Below are positions 9,715 to 18,626 of a DNA stretch of 64,000 nt, piece by piece (the stretch's first letter is position 1; every line of letters begins with the position of its first letter). Below the pieces are notes generated by a model, which was not told the origin of the DNA, did no database searches, and worked only from the letters and a program-made list of their open reading frames with translations. The position numbers and the translations under genes are program-made. Origin of the DNA: a virus; the IMG/VR virus record IMGVR_UViG_3300012930_000012, positions 9,468-73,467 of that record, one strand, 5' to 3'.

Positions 9715-10165
9715 CTGTGGTGGCCGGTGGGGCAGGGGGTGGGTCGGGTGCCGGCAACGGCTTGGGTGGTAGCCCGCCTATGATGCGGATGCGGCGCTGA
9801 ACGTCTTTTTCCACTGTGATGGCCGCCAGCTTGGGGTGGATGTATGGGGCGGCGTCGGTGGCACACTTTTCACTCATGTCGCGTGCGCGAAGGAAATGCC
9901 CAAGCATCTCGCGTATTCGTTGTAAACCATCAACGTCTAATAGCTGGGCGCCACCGCCGGCTAGACTTCGTTCGTAGTCTGTGACAAACTCATTAAGGCG
10001 CGTACCCAGCCGCACGGCTTCTTGATGCCAGAAGAGCATGTTCTCGTACATGACCTGGAGCGGCGTTAGCCCTTGCTCCTGGTAACGTCTAACTTCTTCA
10101 ATTCTGGCCAGGGTCCGCTTGTTGAGCTGGCCCTTTTTGCGTCCGGCTCCTTCTGGCCGGGGCAC
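9707..10165 (-). CDS. Terminase small subunit
   Basis: GAGRKKGQLNKRT, TPLQVM and AAPYIHPKL motifs; directly upstream of TerL. Confidence 0.75.
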   Translation of the reverse strand: MPRPEGAGRKKGQLNKRTLARIEEVRRYQEQGLTPLQVMYENMLFWHQEAVRLGTRLNEFVTDYERSLAGGGAQLLDVDGLQRIREMLGHFLRARDMSEKCATDAAPYIHPKLAAITVEKDVQRRIRIIGGLPPKPLPAPDPPPAPPATTDG

Positions 10166-10169
10166 CGGA

Positions 10170-10766
10170 TTAACCTTCCCTTATTCTTTTGGAGTGCATT
10201 GCTGGCCCTGGCGTGGCTACCGCACGGCGGCCCTCGCGGAGCACCTCACCGGCAACTTCAACGCAATCTCTTGGAAGCCGGGTCCTACGCTGAGCGCCGG
10301 CAAACCAAAGAAGAACGTCGATACGCGCGCCACGGTCCGCTTCTGCTATCGCATTCCGGTCGCGGTAGGGGCCAAGTAAGACCCGGAGCAAGGTGCCCGG
10401 TTCGATGTACTTTGGCCGACTTGCGGTAAGGGTGACCACCCCGCCGTGCTCCGCCAGGCGCGCGAACAGCGCGTCCATCTCGATTAGCGGCACGGGCGTA
10501 GGGAGGTCCCTCTCTGTCTGATAACCCAACAATCCCCTGATTCCGTAGGTGTAGCAAACCTGCTTCCAGGGATCGGTCTGGGGGTCGAACTGCACAAACA
10601 CGTAGCCGGTGAACAACGGGCGCACCACCTCCACAAGGAGGCCGTCGGCACGCCGTACTTCCATACGGGCCAGGGGGAGCGATGTTGTCCAGCTTTTTGA
10701 TAGCTCGCGGGCCGCGCGCTGTTCTTGTGAGTGATGCGCCGTTGCGACGTACCAGTTGCAAGTCAC
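10170..10766 (-). CDS. nusG: NusG/RfaH-family transcription antiterminator
   Basis: NGN domain (WYVA...EQRA...PLFTGYVFV...GIRGLLG) and KOW-like G.LLRVLLGPY. GTG start after GAGAGGGG. First gene of the late arm. Confidence 0.85.
   Translation of the reverse strand: MTCNWYVATAHHSQEQRAARELSKSWTTSLPLARMEVRRADGLLVEVVRPLFTGYVFVQFDPQTDPWKQVCYTYGIRGLLGYQTERDLPTPVPLIEMDALFARLAEHGGVVTLTASRPKYIEPGTLLRVLLGPYRDRNAIAEADRGARIDVLLWFAGAQRRTRLPRDCVEVAGEVLREGRRAVATPGPAMHSKRIREG
10216..10223 (-). promoter_or_regulatory. ops-like element GCGGTAGC upstream of terS
   Basis: Matches the core of the RfaH ops site. Only 8 bp, so support is positional only. Confidence 0.3.
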
Positions 10767-10900
10767 GAGCCCCTCTCTCGAATAAGCCTGGCTGCCTAGA
10801 GCTTGCCGGCGCTGGTGTAAAGGCCCCAGCCGCGGCCGGCGGCATGGAAATGGCGGCCCCTCTCGGCTGGCCCTCCGCCACCCCACTCCTTTAGAACAGC

Positions 10901-11249
10901 TATTGGCTTTATTACCTATATTGTGTTGGGGGAGAAATTCGTGTTTTTATTTTTAATTTTTCGCAAAATTATTGGCAACTGCAGCTACATCCTTGAATAT
11001 ACATAACAAAATACAAAAGTTCGAGCTAATAAGAGAAAATAATCATATAGCTGTGCTAATTTTCTCCTACCTATTCCACAGAAATAAAAACGTACAAGGG
11101 TGGACGGACGATTAACTTCACGTAATCTACACAAGGTATAGGGGGTACATCTTAATGTACACTGCTATCCGCCCCGCGACCTTCAAAACACGGTTTTAAA
11201 ATAATTTTTGGAATTTCGTCCCCAACGCAATATAGGCAATAAGCCAATA
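10901..11249. repeat. ~40-bp imperfect inverted repeat flanking an AT-rich core (candidate origin / divergent control region)
   Basis: 10901-10940 TATTGGCTTTATTACCTATATTGTGTTGGGGGAGAAATTC vs reverse complement of 11211-11249 TATTGGCTTATTGCCTATATTGCGTTGGGGACGAAATTC. Confidence 0.8.
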
Positions 11250-11382
11250 CCCTCCCGGTCACCGCCGGCACCCACCACATTTACCCCCTGTCTCTCCCAC
11301 CAAGCCGCTTGCGCCCACCCCGGGTGCCGTGCAAGCCTGTCCGTGTTGGGTCGCACCCCAGCAGTAGAGCTAAGAGAACCCA

Positions 11383-12996
11383 ATGCAACCATCGGACTAC
11401 CTGCCCAAACGGAATCCGCGCGCCAAGCAACTCGAGGCCTTTACCAAGTCCGCGGAGGTGGTGAACTACGCACTGTTGATGGAACAACGCACGGGCAAGA
11501 CCAAGGTCATCCTTGATACGGTCGCCTACCAATACGAGCGCAACCTTGCCAACAGCCAGGAGGGCATCACTGCTCTCCTGGTCGTTGCCAACCCCGGCCG
11601 CGTGCACCGCAACTGGGTGGTCAAGGAAATACCCCAGGACTTACCCGACCGCATCCCGCGCATGTGCTTGGTGTGGGACGCCGGCCGCATAGCCTATGAC
11701 AAAAAGAAACGCCGGTTCGTGGGGCCACTAGCCACAGAGCTTGAAGCTTTGCTTCAATTCCGTGGCTTGGCTGTGCTGGCTGTAAACGGCGGCGCTGTAA
11801 TAACGGAATCATTCCGCCGCTACGCGCTCAAGTTCTTGCTGGCACGTAAGCGGGTACTTGCCGCGGCGGATGAGTTCACCCTTTTGCTTAAAACACCCAA
11901 CGCCAAGACCACCAAGGTGCTCTGGCATATGGGCGAGCACAAGGCTGTGGTAATGAGGAGAATACTCGATGGAACCCCCGTTGGAAACGGGGGTCCCCTC
12001 GACCTTTACGGACCCTTCCGCTTTCTTGACTGGCGTATCTTAGGGCACCAAACCAATGCCAGTTACAAGGCCCACTTCGCCAAGTGGGAAACAGCGGTGG
12101 TGCACCGCGCCGGCAAAGAAGAAACTTATCCGGCTCTCATGAGAGAGCCGGACGGCACGCCCATGTACCAAAACCTGGATGACCTAGCCACCCGCATGGC
12201 GCCGGTATCGTTTAGGGTCCTTCGTTCAGAATGCTGGGACGCGCCGGCTAAGGTGTACCAGGTGTACCCATTCCAGCTATCGCCAGAGCAACGCAAAGTT
12301 TACGATAGCCTCCGCGACGAATACGAAGCCGAGCTTCATGATGGTTACCATGCCTCGGCCACCCATGCGTTGACACGCATGATGCGCTTGCAACAGGTGG
12401 CAAGTAATTACTGGCCGCCGGAAAAGATTGGCTTAGTCCACGTGGCTTGCAAAGGAGAGGGATGTCTTGAATGCGATGACTTAGGTGTCATCCCATCCAA
12501 GACGCCCCTCCGCCGCATCGATCCCAAACGCAATCCCCGCGTGGATGCAGCGCGAGAGATTTTCGCGCTGAATCCTGGGCCTGGTATTGTGTGGTGCCGC
12601 TTCCACGAGGATGTGGACAATGTGCTCCAACTGGCCAGTCAAATGGATCGCCTGGCCTACAGGTATGATGGACGATCCACGGACCAGGAAAAGGATCTAG
12701 CTGAGGACTCCTTTCAGACAACGGTCGCCGGCTTGCTGGTGGGTAATCCGGCATCCGGCGGTCGCGGCCTACGCCTCGATAACGCCGGCTGGATATTAAA
12801 CTACTCAAATCAGTTCAGTTTGCTCACCCGCCTACAGGGCGAGGACCGCGCGGAAGCCGAGGGCAAGCTCGCCGGCACCGGCATAATTGACTTGGTAGCC
12901 GAGGACACTGTCGACGAAACCATCGTTGATTCTTTGCGTGCCAACAAAAGCATCGCCGACTTCGTCTTGCGGGAACGGGGCGGCAAATGGTTGTGA
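11383..12996 (+). CDS. SNF2-family helicase
   Basis: MEQRTGKT, ADE, ILDGTP..DLYGPF.FLD, RLQQV, GGRGLRL, RLQGEDRA; Cys-rich insertion CKGEGCLEC. Confidence 0.88.
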   Translation: MQPSDYLPKRNPRAKQLEAFTKSAEVVNYALLMEQRTGKTKVILDTVAYQYERNLANSQEGITALLVVANPGRVHRNWVVKEIPQDLPDRIPRMCLVWDAGRIAYDKKKRRFVGPLATELEALLQFRGLAVLAVNGGAVITESFRRYALKFLLARKRVLAAADEFTLLLKTPNAKTTKVLWHMGEHKAVVMRRILDGTPVGNGGPLDLYGPFRFLDWRILGHQTNASYKAHFAKWETAVVHRAGKEETYPALMREPDGTPMYQNLDDLATRMAPVSFRVLRSECWDAPAKVYQVYPFQLSPEQRKVYDSLRDEYEAELHDGYHASATHALTRMMRLQQVASNYWPPEKIGLVHVACKGEGCLECDDLGVIPSKTPLRRIDPKRNPRVDAAREIFALNPGPGIVWCRFHEDVDNVLQLASQMDRLAYRYDGRSTDQEKDLAEDSFQTTVAGLLVGNPASGGRGLRLDNAGWILNYSNQFSLLTRLQGEDRAEAEGKLAGTGIIDLVAEDTVDETIVDSLRANKSIADFVLRERGGKWL

Positions 12997-13112
12997 CCGC
13001 GGCCAGGCGGGGGTACGCCCCCGGGCATCGATCCGAAGAGCCGGTGGTTAATGAGCCGGCCTTTGAAACCTTTCGGGGAGCCTGGGTGACACGGCCCCCG
13101 CTTGCGGGGCGT
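12992..13112 (+). ncRNA. Candidate structured RNA (multi-branch, three stable tetraloops)
   Basis: CCAGGC/GCCTGG closing helix; GGGGG-TACG-CCCCC; GCCGG/CCGGC; CCT-TTCG-GGG; CCCCG-CTTG-CGGGG; fills an intergenic gap. Confidence 0.55.
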
Positions 13113-13120
13113 GAGCGGCT

Positions 13121-13336
13121 ATGAACTGGGCGCCCATCTATTGCTTGCTGTGCCGCAAGGAAATAACATCCCTTAATCCAGGGCTTGTGCTGGCAGGAAA
13201 CTTTTTTCATTCATCGTGCATCCCTGAACCCAAGTTCACCGTGGATGACGTCGACCTAATGGCTGACACCCGGGCACGCCCCGCTATGAGCGACATCGAG
13301 TGGCGTCGTATGTACCTAAATGAGTATAAACCATGA
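13121..13336 (+). CDS. Hypothetical protein (CxxC...HxxC)
   Basis: Coupled ORF in a small-gene run. Confidence 0.45.
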   Translation: MNWAPIYCLLCRKEITSLNPGLVLAGNFFHSSCIPEPKFTVDDVDLMADTRARPAMSDIEWRRMYLNEYKP

Positions 13337-13536
13337 AAGACACTGAGATTCGCGTCTTTGATGGTGGCACGCCCGTGTGCACGTGCACCGTATCTGAACT
13401 CCCTTCACCATTGCTTTTGCGCATCCTGGGCAACTTGAAGGGGATACGGGTGCTGAGCGGAGACGGCACATTGGAGGAAGGGCTCGAGCGCCTTCGCATT
13501 GAAGTTGTGGCCCGGCAACTGGAGGGGCGGCTATGA
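13333..13536 (+). CDS. Hypothetical protein
   Basis: ATGA overlaps on both sides. Confidence 0.5.
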   Translation: MKDTEIRVFDGGTPVCTCTVSELPSPLLLRILGNLKGIRVLSGDGTLEEGLERLRIEVVARQLEGRL

Positions 13537-13724
13537 TAGAGATAATCATTATCAGCGACCCCGGGATCGTGGCCGGCGACTACATAACCGTGGGCAACAC
13601 ACACCTCCGCGTTATATCGCGGGACGGCTGCGCCCTTCGTGTGGAGCGCACGTGGCGCTGCGTATGGTTTGATTTTTGCGCACGGGTGCTTGACGCCTGG
13701 TCGCGCATTGGAGGCTTACTTTGA
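13533..13724 (+). CDS. Hypothetical protein
   Basis: RBS GGAGG; overlapping start/stop. Confidence 0.5.
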   Translation: MIEIIIISDPGIVAGDYITVGNTHLRVISRDGCALRVERTWRCVWFDFCARVLDAWSRIGGLL

Positions 13725-14107
13725 GCAACATGCCCCGCGTGTTTGTAGTCAACGAGCCACTAAAACTCGATGAAGCCACCGGAAACTGGGTTCGCTATCT
13801 AAACCTCCGTCGTGCCACGGATCACGGCGAACTAGTCTATTTGCTGCCCGGCGGCCCGCTGGCCGACGACCCCCGTCCCTCCATTGCGGCGCTCACCGCC
13901 GGCTTAGCCGACTTCACATCAGAGGATTTCTTGCTGCTGGTGGGTGACCCCCGTGCCATAGCCTGGGCCGCAGCCATTGCGGCTGACCGCACGGGCGGCC
14001 CGTTGCGCTTGCTCCAGTGGAAGCGCGAGCAAAAACGCTACGACCCGGTGGTTGTTGACGTATTCCCTGAATCCTACGAGGCCCTAGCCCCGGTGGAGGA
14101 TGTATGA
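13721..14107 (+). CDS. Conserved phage hypothetical protein
   Basis: RVFVVNEP...GELVYLLP...DFLLLVGDP...LLQW.R..KRY; RBS GGAGG. Confidence 0.65.
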   Translation: MSNMPRVFVVNEPLKLDEATGNWVRYLNLRRATDHGELVYLLPGGPLADDPRPSIAALTAGLADFTSEDFLLLVGDPRAIAWAAAIAADRTGGPLRLLQWKREQKRYDPVVVDVFPESYEALAPVEDV

Positions 14108-14439
14108 AGAAACTAATGCCCATACTAGAACGCAGCGCGATAGTGGCCTATGTACCGTGGTCTCTGTTCGCACCTAATGACGAAGTATGGGCACAGCAAA
14201 ATCACCAACAATCCCTTGCCCGACTCCGGGAACGAAGTGGCTTAGGGATTTGTGAACTTGTTGCCATTCTGGATGGACGCCCTTGGCGCCACATGCCCTT
14301 ATCAGACGTGGACCAGGGGGAGTTCGCCACCAGGCCCCATCGGGATCACGCTTGCCAGGCGTGTGGCTTTGTCTGGCGCCCTGCGCTGGTGAATACGGTG
14401 GGTGTGCAGTTTTTGCCTGGTTACAAGGACGCGCCCTGA
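14104..14439 (+). CDS. Hypothetical protein, apparently two fused small modules
   Basis: VPW...NHQQSLARLRERSGL...E followed by PHRDHACQACGFVWRPA. Confidence 0.55.
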   Translation: MKKLMPILERSAIVAYVPWSLFAPNDEVWAQQNHQQSLARLRERSGLGICELVAILDGRPWRHMPLSDVDQGEFATRPHRDHACQACGFVWRPALVNTVGVQFLPGYKDAP

Positions 14440-14780
14440 TGCCACTCACATTTGACCGCAGCATAGATGATTTGCGTGACTACATCCGTAGCATGCCAAA
14501 GCCAACGGATGATATGGTGCGCATTGGCGAGGCCGCCTTGGATGACTACTACGCCGGCACCAAGGATGCACCCATCGAAGGTTCCTTTGTGCACGTATAC
14601 CAGGCCATGGCGGCCTTGGCGCCTAACCGCGAGGAGGATGCGCACAACGTGGCATTGGCCGCGGCTTTGTTACGCTCCAAGGACTATGAAGTAATGGCCA
14701 AGCGATTAGATGTTGTGGCGGAGCGTTTGTGGCCAAAGCTGTTGGAAGATCTAGCCCAATCGCAGAGAGAAAACCAATGA
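14439..14780 (+). CDS. Hypothetical protein
   Basis: TGATG coupling; start MPLTFDRS. Confidence 0.5.
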   Translation: MPLTFDRSIDDLRDYIRSMPKPTDDMVRIGEAALDDYYAGTKDAPIEGSFVHVYQAMAALAPNREEDAHNVALAAALLRSKDYEVMAKRLDVVAERLWPKLLEDLAQSQRENQ

Positions 14781-14986
14781 CCTCTGATTGGCAACCAGCG
14801 GCGACCGCACCCGTGGGCGTTTGGTTGCGGACCAAACGCGAAGGCGAAGACGGGGAAAATGTAAGCGCTCGAGCGCCCAGCCAACCCGGAGAAAATGACG
14901 CCGTAGAATGGATTGAACGAGACGGCGGACACACAACCATAACGCATTCTACGTTTCTGCCGCCAACCCATTGGAGGTATCTGTGA
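14777..14986 (+). CDS. DUF551-like small protein
   Basis: WQP..TAP...PTHW pattern. Confidence 0.55.
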   Translation: MTSDWQPAATAPVGVWLRTKREGEDGENVSARAPSQPGENDAVEWIERDGGHTTITHSTFLPPTHWRYL

Positions 14987-15351
14987 CCCCCGACCAGCGC
15001 CGCCAGTTTGCAGCCAATGCCAGCACGGGTGCTGACCTATCCCCCGGTGACCCGGTGGACGCCGCGGCGTTGGACCACATCTTCTTACTTGAGCGTGCCC
15101 GGGACACGTTGTTTGACGCTATTGTTCACGGTGACGCGGAGCATAAAGCATGGCTTAAGACCGCTATTGATGCACATTTCGCCGGTGAGCCTGTGCCCCC
15201 GGTGGCTGGTGCCGGCAACAAAGAAGCACGTATAGCCACGCTTGAAGACGCCTTGCGCCGTGTACGGGTGGAGGCGGAGCGGTCCAGCCGGCAATTCGTG
15301 TGCATGAGCGAGACGCTGATTAAGAAGATTATTAAGGAGGTGCTGCCATGA
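14983..15351 (+). CDS. Hypothetical protein
   Basis: GTG after GGAGG; LFDAIVHGDAEHKAWLK motif. Confidence 0.5.
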   Translation: MTPDQRRQFAANASTGADLSPGDPVDAAALDHIFLLERARDTLFDAIVHGDAEHKAWLKTAIDAHFAGEPVPPVAGAGNKEARIATLEDALRRVRVEAERSSRQFVCMSETLIKKIIKEVLP

Positions 15352-15533
15352 GCCTTGCCACGCTTGAAAATGCAATCGTCGAGGAAGCCTCCAGCATTAA
15401 AAAGCGTAAGCTCAAGAAGAAAGACCTCATGGAATGGTCAACAACACCTATTGAAGCAAAACCAGGAGAATTCCTTGTGCGTTGCCCTAAGATTGGCGCG
15501 TACGCCGCCTTTAAGGAGACTATGAAGAAGTAA
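15348..15533 (+). CDS. Hypothetical basic protein
   Basis: RBS AAGGAGG; ATGA overlap. Confidence 0.5.
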   Translation: MSLATLENAIVEEASSIKKRKLKKKDLMEWSTTPIEAKPGEFLVRCPKIGAYAAFKETMKK

Positions 15534-15553
15534 CCCAGAGCCAGGAGAGCCAC

Positions 15554-16192
15554 ATGAACAAGTTACGCAACGCCCAGCACGAAGATGAAATGCTTATGCC
15601 CGACCCGGAGGTGGAAGCCGCCCCGGTGCCCGATGCCGCGGACCTAAAGCAAGTGGCTGATGTGGCCAAACGCTACGTCGAGCTTGAAACGGACATTGCC
15701 ACGCTGGAGGAACAGCTTGCCGCAAAGAAGGCCGCGCTAAAGGCAGTTCGAGAAGCCGAACTGCCTTTAGCGATGACTACCGTGGGGTTGGAATCCTTTC
15801 AGCTGGTGGGTGGGGGCAAAATAGAGCTTAAGAAGCTTACGGCCGCCAGCATTACCGACGCCAATAAGGACGCCGCCCACAAGGCGCTTGAAAAAGCCGG
15901 CTACGGCTCCATCATCAAGCACGAGATCAAAATACTATTCGGCCGCGGTGAGGAAGCCTGGGCCGCCAAGTTCTTGCGTGACATGGCCCAGCGTAAAAAG
16001 CCGATACCATTCACCCGCAAGGACTTCGTCGAGTACCAGACGCTGCAAAAGCAAGCGCGTGAGATGGTGGAGCAAGCTCGCGCCCAAGGGCTCGAGCCGT
16101 CGGAAGCCATCCCCAATGACCTCCACCGTTTGCTGGGTATTTACGAGATGCGCTACGCCGACTTAAAGCTCCCCAAGGAGCAAAAGCCATGA
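15554..16192 (+). CDS. Conserved coiled-coil replication-module protein
   Basis: ELPLAM...SF.L.GG.KI...G.GSIIK; preceded by the AGAGCCAGGAGAGCCAC motif. Confidence 0.7.
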   Translation: MNKLRNAQHEDEMLMPDPEVEAAPVPDAADLKQVADVAKRYVELETDIATLEEQLAAKKAALKAVREAELPLAMTTVGLESFQLVGGGKIELKKLTAASITDANKDAAHKALEKAGYGSIIKHEIKILFGRGEEAWAAKFLRDMAQRKKPIPFTRKDFVEYQTLQKQAREMVEQARAQGLEPSEAIPNDLHRLLGIYEMRYADLKLPKEQKP

Positions 16193-16482
16193 AGACGGAA
16201 GTGTGCGACCACGATTGCTTTGCTGAGGCGGCCACAGAATCACAGGCCATGCCAGGCCGGGTGGGCTGGTTCATCTACGTGGCCAACGATGACGACTCTC
16301 ACACCCATTTCCGCGGCAACACGGCGTTCGCCGGCAGGGCGCTGGCGGAGCTAGCCCAGAAGGTTATTGCCGGGCACGAGAACACCGGCTGTGTGCAATG
16401 TGACACCACGGCCTTGGCTCTTGCGAATGCTTTGAAGGTTTACCAGGCCACCATGGCATACGCCCGGGGACCAAAATGCTAA
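16189..16482 (+). CDS. Hypothetical protein
   Basis: RBS AAGGAG; coupled to neighbours. Confidence 0.5.
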   Translation: MKTEVCDHDCFAEAATESQAMPGRVGWFIYVANDDDSHTHFRGNTAFAGRALAELAQKVIAGHENTGCVQCDTTALALANALKVYQATMAYARGPKC

Positions 16483-17366
16483 CCCCCTTGGGCGCCCTTG
16501 TGCATTGGGTGAGAGAACGCGAATTGATTCGCGTTCAGAAAGACCGCGGTGAACCTTTCCCGTGGACCGACGATAAGATCCTTCGCACCTATCGCTTTTG
16601 CAACGTGCGCCGCGAGGATGACCGGGTCACCGTATGGATCGCGAAGAACATTCGCGAGCCATACGCGGACCACCATCACCTCTGGTTCATGCTGTGCACG
16701 GCCAGAATGATAAACTGGCCGCACACGTTGGGCCTCCTTATAGGAGACCCAACACGCCCCCCAGAAGAGCGCATCTACCCCAACGCCTGGCCGGACTCAG
16801 CGTCCTTCTCACCCTCCGCCATGGCCGATGGGCTCGAGGACGTAGCGTCCATGGGCAAGGCGTTCACGGGCGCCTACATCATCCCATCGCCCGGCAAGGG
16901 GGAAAAGAAGCCACGCTGGATGGCCCAATGGGTGCTGGGTAACCTGTGGAAGGCCCGCGCCAGGTTTGAAACCCACTTTTCCCGCAATCCGTCGCTGCGG
17001 AGCACGCACAACCTTTTGACGACATTTGATTGCTGGGGCAACTTCTTAGCCTACCAGGCCATCATCGACATGCGCCACACGAGCTTGCTCTCAGAGGTCC
17101 CTGATCGGAACACCTGGTGCGCGGCCGGGCCAGGGACGATAAGAGGTCTGAATCGCCTTGCGGGCAGACCTCTTATCGCCCCCCTGACCCAGGAGCGAGC
17201 GCTCCTTGAAATTCAGTCACTCCAGCCCGTGGTGTGTCGGGAAACTGGCATGGACTTTGAACTGTACGAAATAACCGGCATCCTCTGTGAGACCGACAAA
17301 TACCTCCGGGTAATGAACGGTGAGGGGGAGCCGCGGGCACGCTACGTGCCGGGGAGGGGGGCGTGA
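16476..17366 (+). CDS. aGPT-Pplase1 / 5-hmdU DNA kinase helical-domain family (base hypermodification)
   Basis: PWTDDKILRTYRFCNVRREDDRVT, FTGAY, FLAYQAIID, GPGTIRGL, LCETDKY.R match the family pattern as I recall it. Confidence 0.8.
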   Translation: MLTPLGALVHWVRERELIRVQKDRGEPFPWTDDKILRTYRFCNVRREDDRVTVWIAKNIREPYADHHHLWFMLCTARMINWPHTLGLLIGDPTRPPEERIYPNAWPDSASFSPSAMADGLEDVASMGKAFTGAYIIPSPGKGEKKPRWMAQWVLGNLWKARARFETHFSRNPSLRSTHNLLTTFDCWGNFLAYQAIIDMRHTSLLSEVPDRNTWCAAGPGTIRGLNRLAGRPLIAPLTQERALLEIQSLQPVVCRETGMDFELYEITGILCETDKYLRVMNGEGEPRARYVPGRGA

Positions 17367-17716
17367 CCGAATTCCTTCAGATGAGCGATGTGCCCGGTGT
17401 CAAAGGCGGGAGAATTAAGGGTGCTTGGGCCGTCTCCGTGACGGATTGCATGAATAAACTAAGGCGATACCGTTGCGTCACGAGCGCGGGGACAAATGGT
17501 GCCATAAACGTGTGGAGAGCTGATGGAGGAAAATATCGCTGTACATTCTGCGTCTACCGTGTGGCCAGAAGTGAGCCCATTTACCGCACCAAAAAAGAAG
17601 TGAAAGCGTGGCTAAAAATTTGGTTCCCTAGACAATACAGAACCTCGCCTGGGGGCACCGGGCACGCCGTTCGCCGGCAGCGGCTACAAACCGCCGGCAA
17701 TAGGAGAAGACCATGA
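17363..17716 (+). CDS. Hypothetical basic protein
   Basis: Coupled ORF with lower GC than its flanks. Confidence 0.45.
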   Translation: MTEFLQMSDVPGVKGGRIKGAWAVSVTDCMNKLRRYRCVTSAGTNGAINVWRADGGKYRCTFCVYRVARSEPIYRTKKEVKAWLKIWFPRQYRTSPGGTGHAVRRQRLQTAGNRRRP

Positions 17717-18564
17717 CTGAAGAAGTGAAGAGTGGGCAAGAAAATCCGTTACCTCCTACCCCGCAAGCGGGCCAGGAGGTAACCGTTTACGACCCTGGCA
17801 GCGATGCCGGGGCGGGCATGGAAAATGTCACCCGTGATGAATACGCCATACCATTCATCCGCATCCTTGACGCCAAGAGCCCACAAGTATCCCCGCCGGC
17901 AGCCGGTGGCATACCGGGCGCCAAGCCGGGGTCCATTTTTAACGTCTCGACCAACGAGGTCTACGACGGGGATAAGGGTGTAGAATTTATCCCCGTGCAC
18001 CGCGACCACCACTTCGTGGAATGGATTCCAAAGAAGGAGGACGGCTCCGGTGGCGGCTTTGTCGGCATCCGGGCGGTGGACGATCCTTTGGTCACGGAGC
18101 TGCGGGCCAAGCACGGCCAGTTCGGTAAGCTCCCCACGAGCGACGGCCACGAGCTGGCGGAAACCTATTACCTGTACGGCTTGCTGGTGGTGGAGGGCAT
18201 GGCCACCCCGGTGCTCATTGGTTTTTCCAGCACGCAGATAAAAAAGTACCGCAACTTCATCACCCGGGTCATGGGCATCACGTACCAGGGGGAGAAGACG
18301 GCCGCCAATCCCAACGGGATCATACGACCTCCTATGTGGGCGCACCGCTGGCGCTTTCAAACGGTCTTCGAGAAGAAGGGAACGTTTTCCTGGTACGGCT
18401 GGCGCATTGGCTTGGTGGAGGACCCACCGCTCAAAAGCCGGCTTAAAACCACGGACCCGTTCTACATCCAGGGTCGGGAACTTTACAACACCATCAAAGA
18501 AGGGCGCGTCGTGGTGAAACACGACACCGAAAAGCAGCCCGTGGACGAAGAAATACCGTTCTAA
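17713..18564 (+). CDS. ssDNA-binding/annealing protein
   Basis: GAGMENV...IPFIRIL..SPQV, FSSTQIKK, WYGW; acidic C-terminal tip DEEIPF. Confidence 0.7.
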   Translation: MTEEVKSGQENPLPPTPQAGQEVTVYDPGSDAGAGMENVTRDEYAIPFIRILDAKSPQVSPPAAGGIPGAKPGSIFNVSTNEVYDGDKGVEFIPVHRDHHFVEWIPKKEDGSGGGFVGIRAVDDPLVTELRAKHGQFGKLPTSDGHELAETYYLYGLLVVEGMATPVLIGFSSTQIKKYRNFITRVMGITYQGEKTAANPNGIIRPPMWAHRWRFQTVFEKKGTFSWYGWRIGLVEDPPLKSRLKTTDPFYIQGRELYNTIKEGRVVVKHDTEKQPVDEEIPF

Positions 18565-18581
18565 GGACGTAACGTAAGGTT

Positions 18582-18613
18582 GGCGGCGCCGCTCCGCAAA
18601 GGGCGGCGTTGCC
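18582..18613 (+). promoter_or_regulatory. 13-bp GC-rich hairpin between the ssb-like gene and the primase
   Basis: GGCGGCGCCGCTC-CGCAAA-GGGCGGCGTTGCC; no U tract. Confidence 0.55.
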
Positions 18614-18626
18614 GCCTGGGGGTTAC

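Noticed and set aside
10901-11249. Invertible promoter switch or MITE suggested by the inverted repeats
   Set aside because: No recombinase or transposase was recognised in the window and no target-site duplication was seen; an origin or control region is simpler.
13033-13070. Hammerhead-ribozyme-like CCGAAGAG...GAAAC
   Set aside because: The core is CCGA rather than CUGA, four extra bases precede GAAA, and I could not build stems I and III with a cleavage triplet. Kept only as an unassigned structured RNA.
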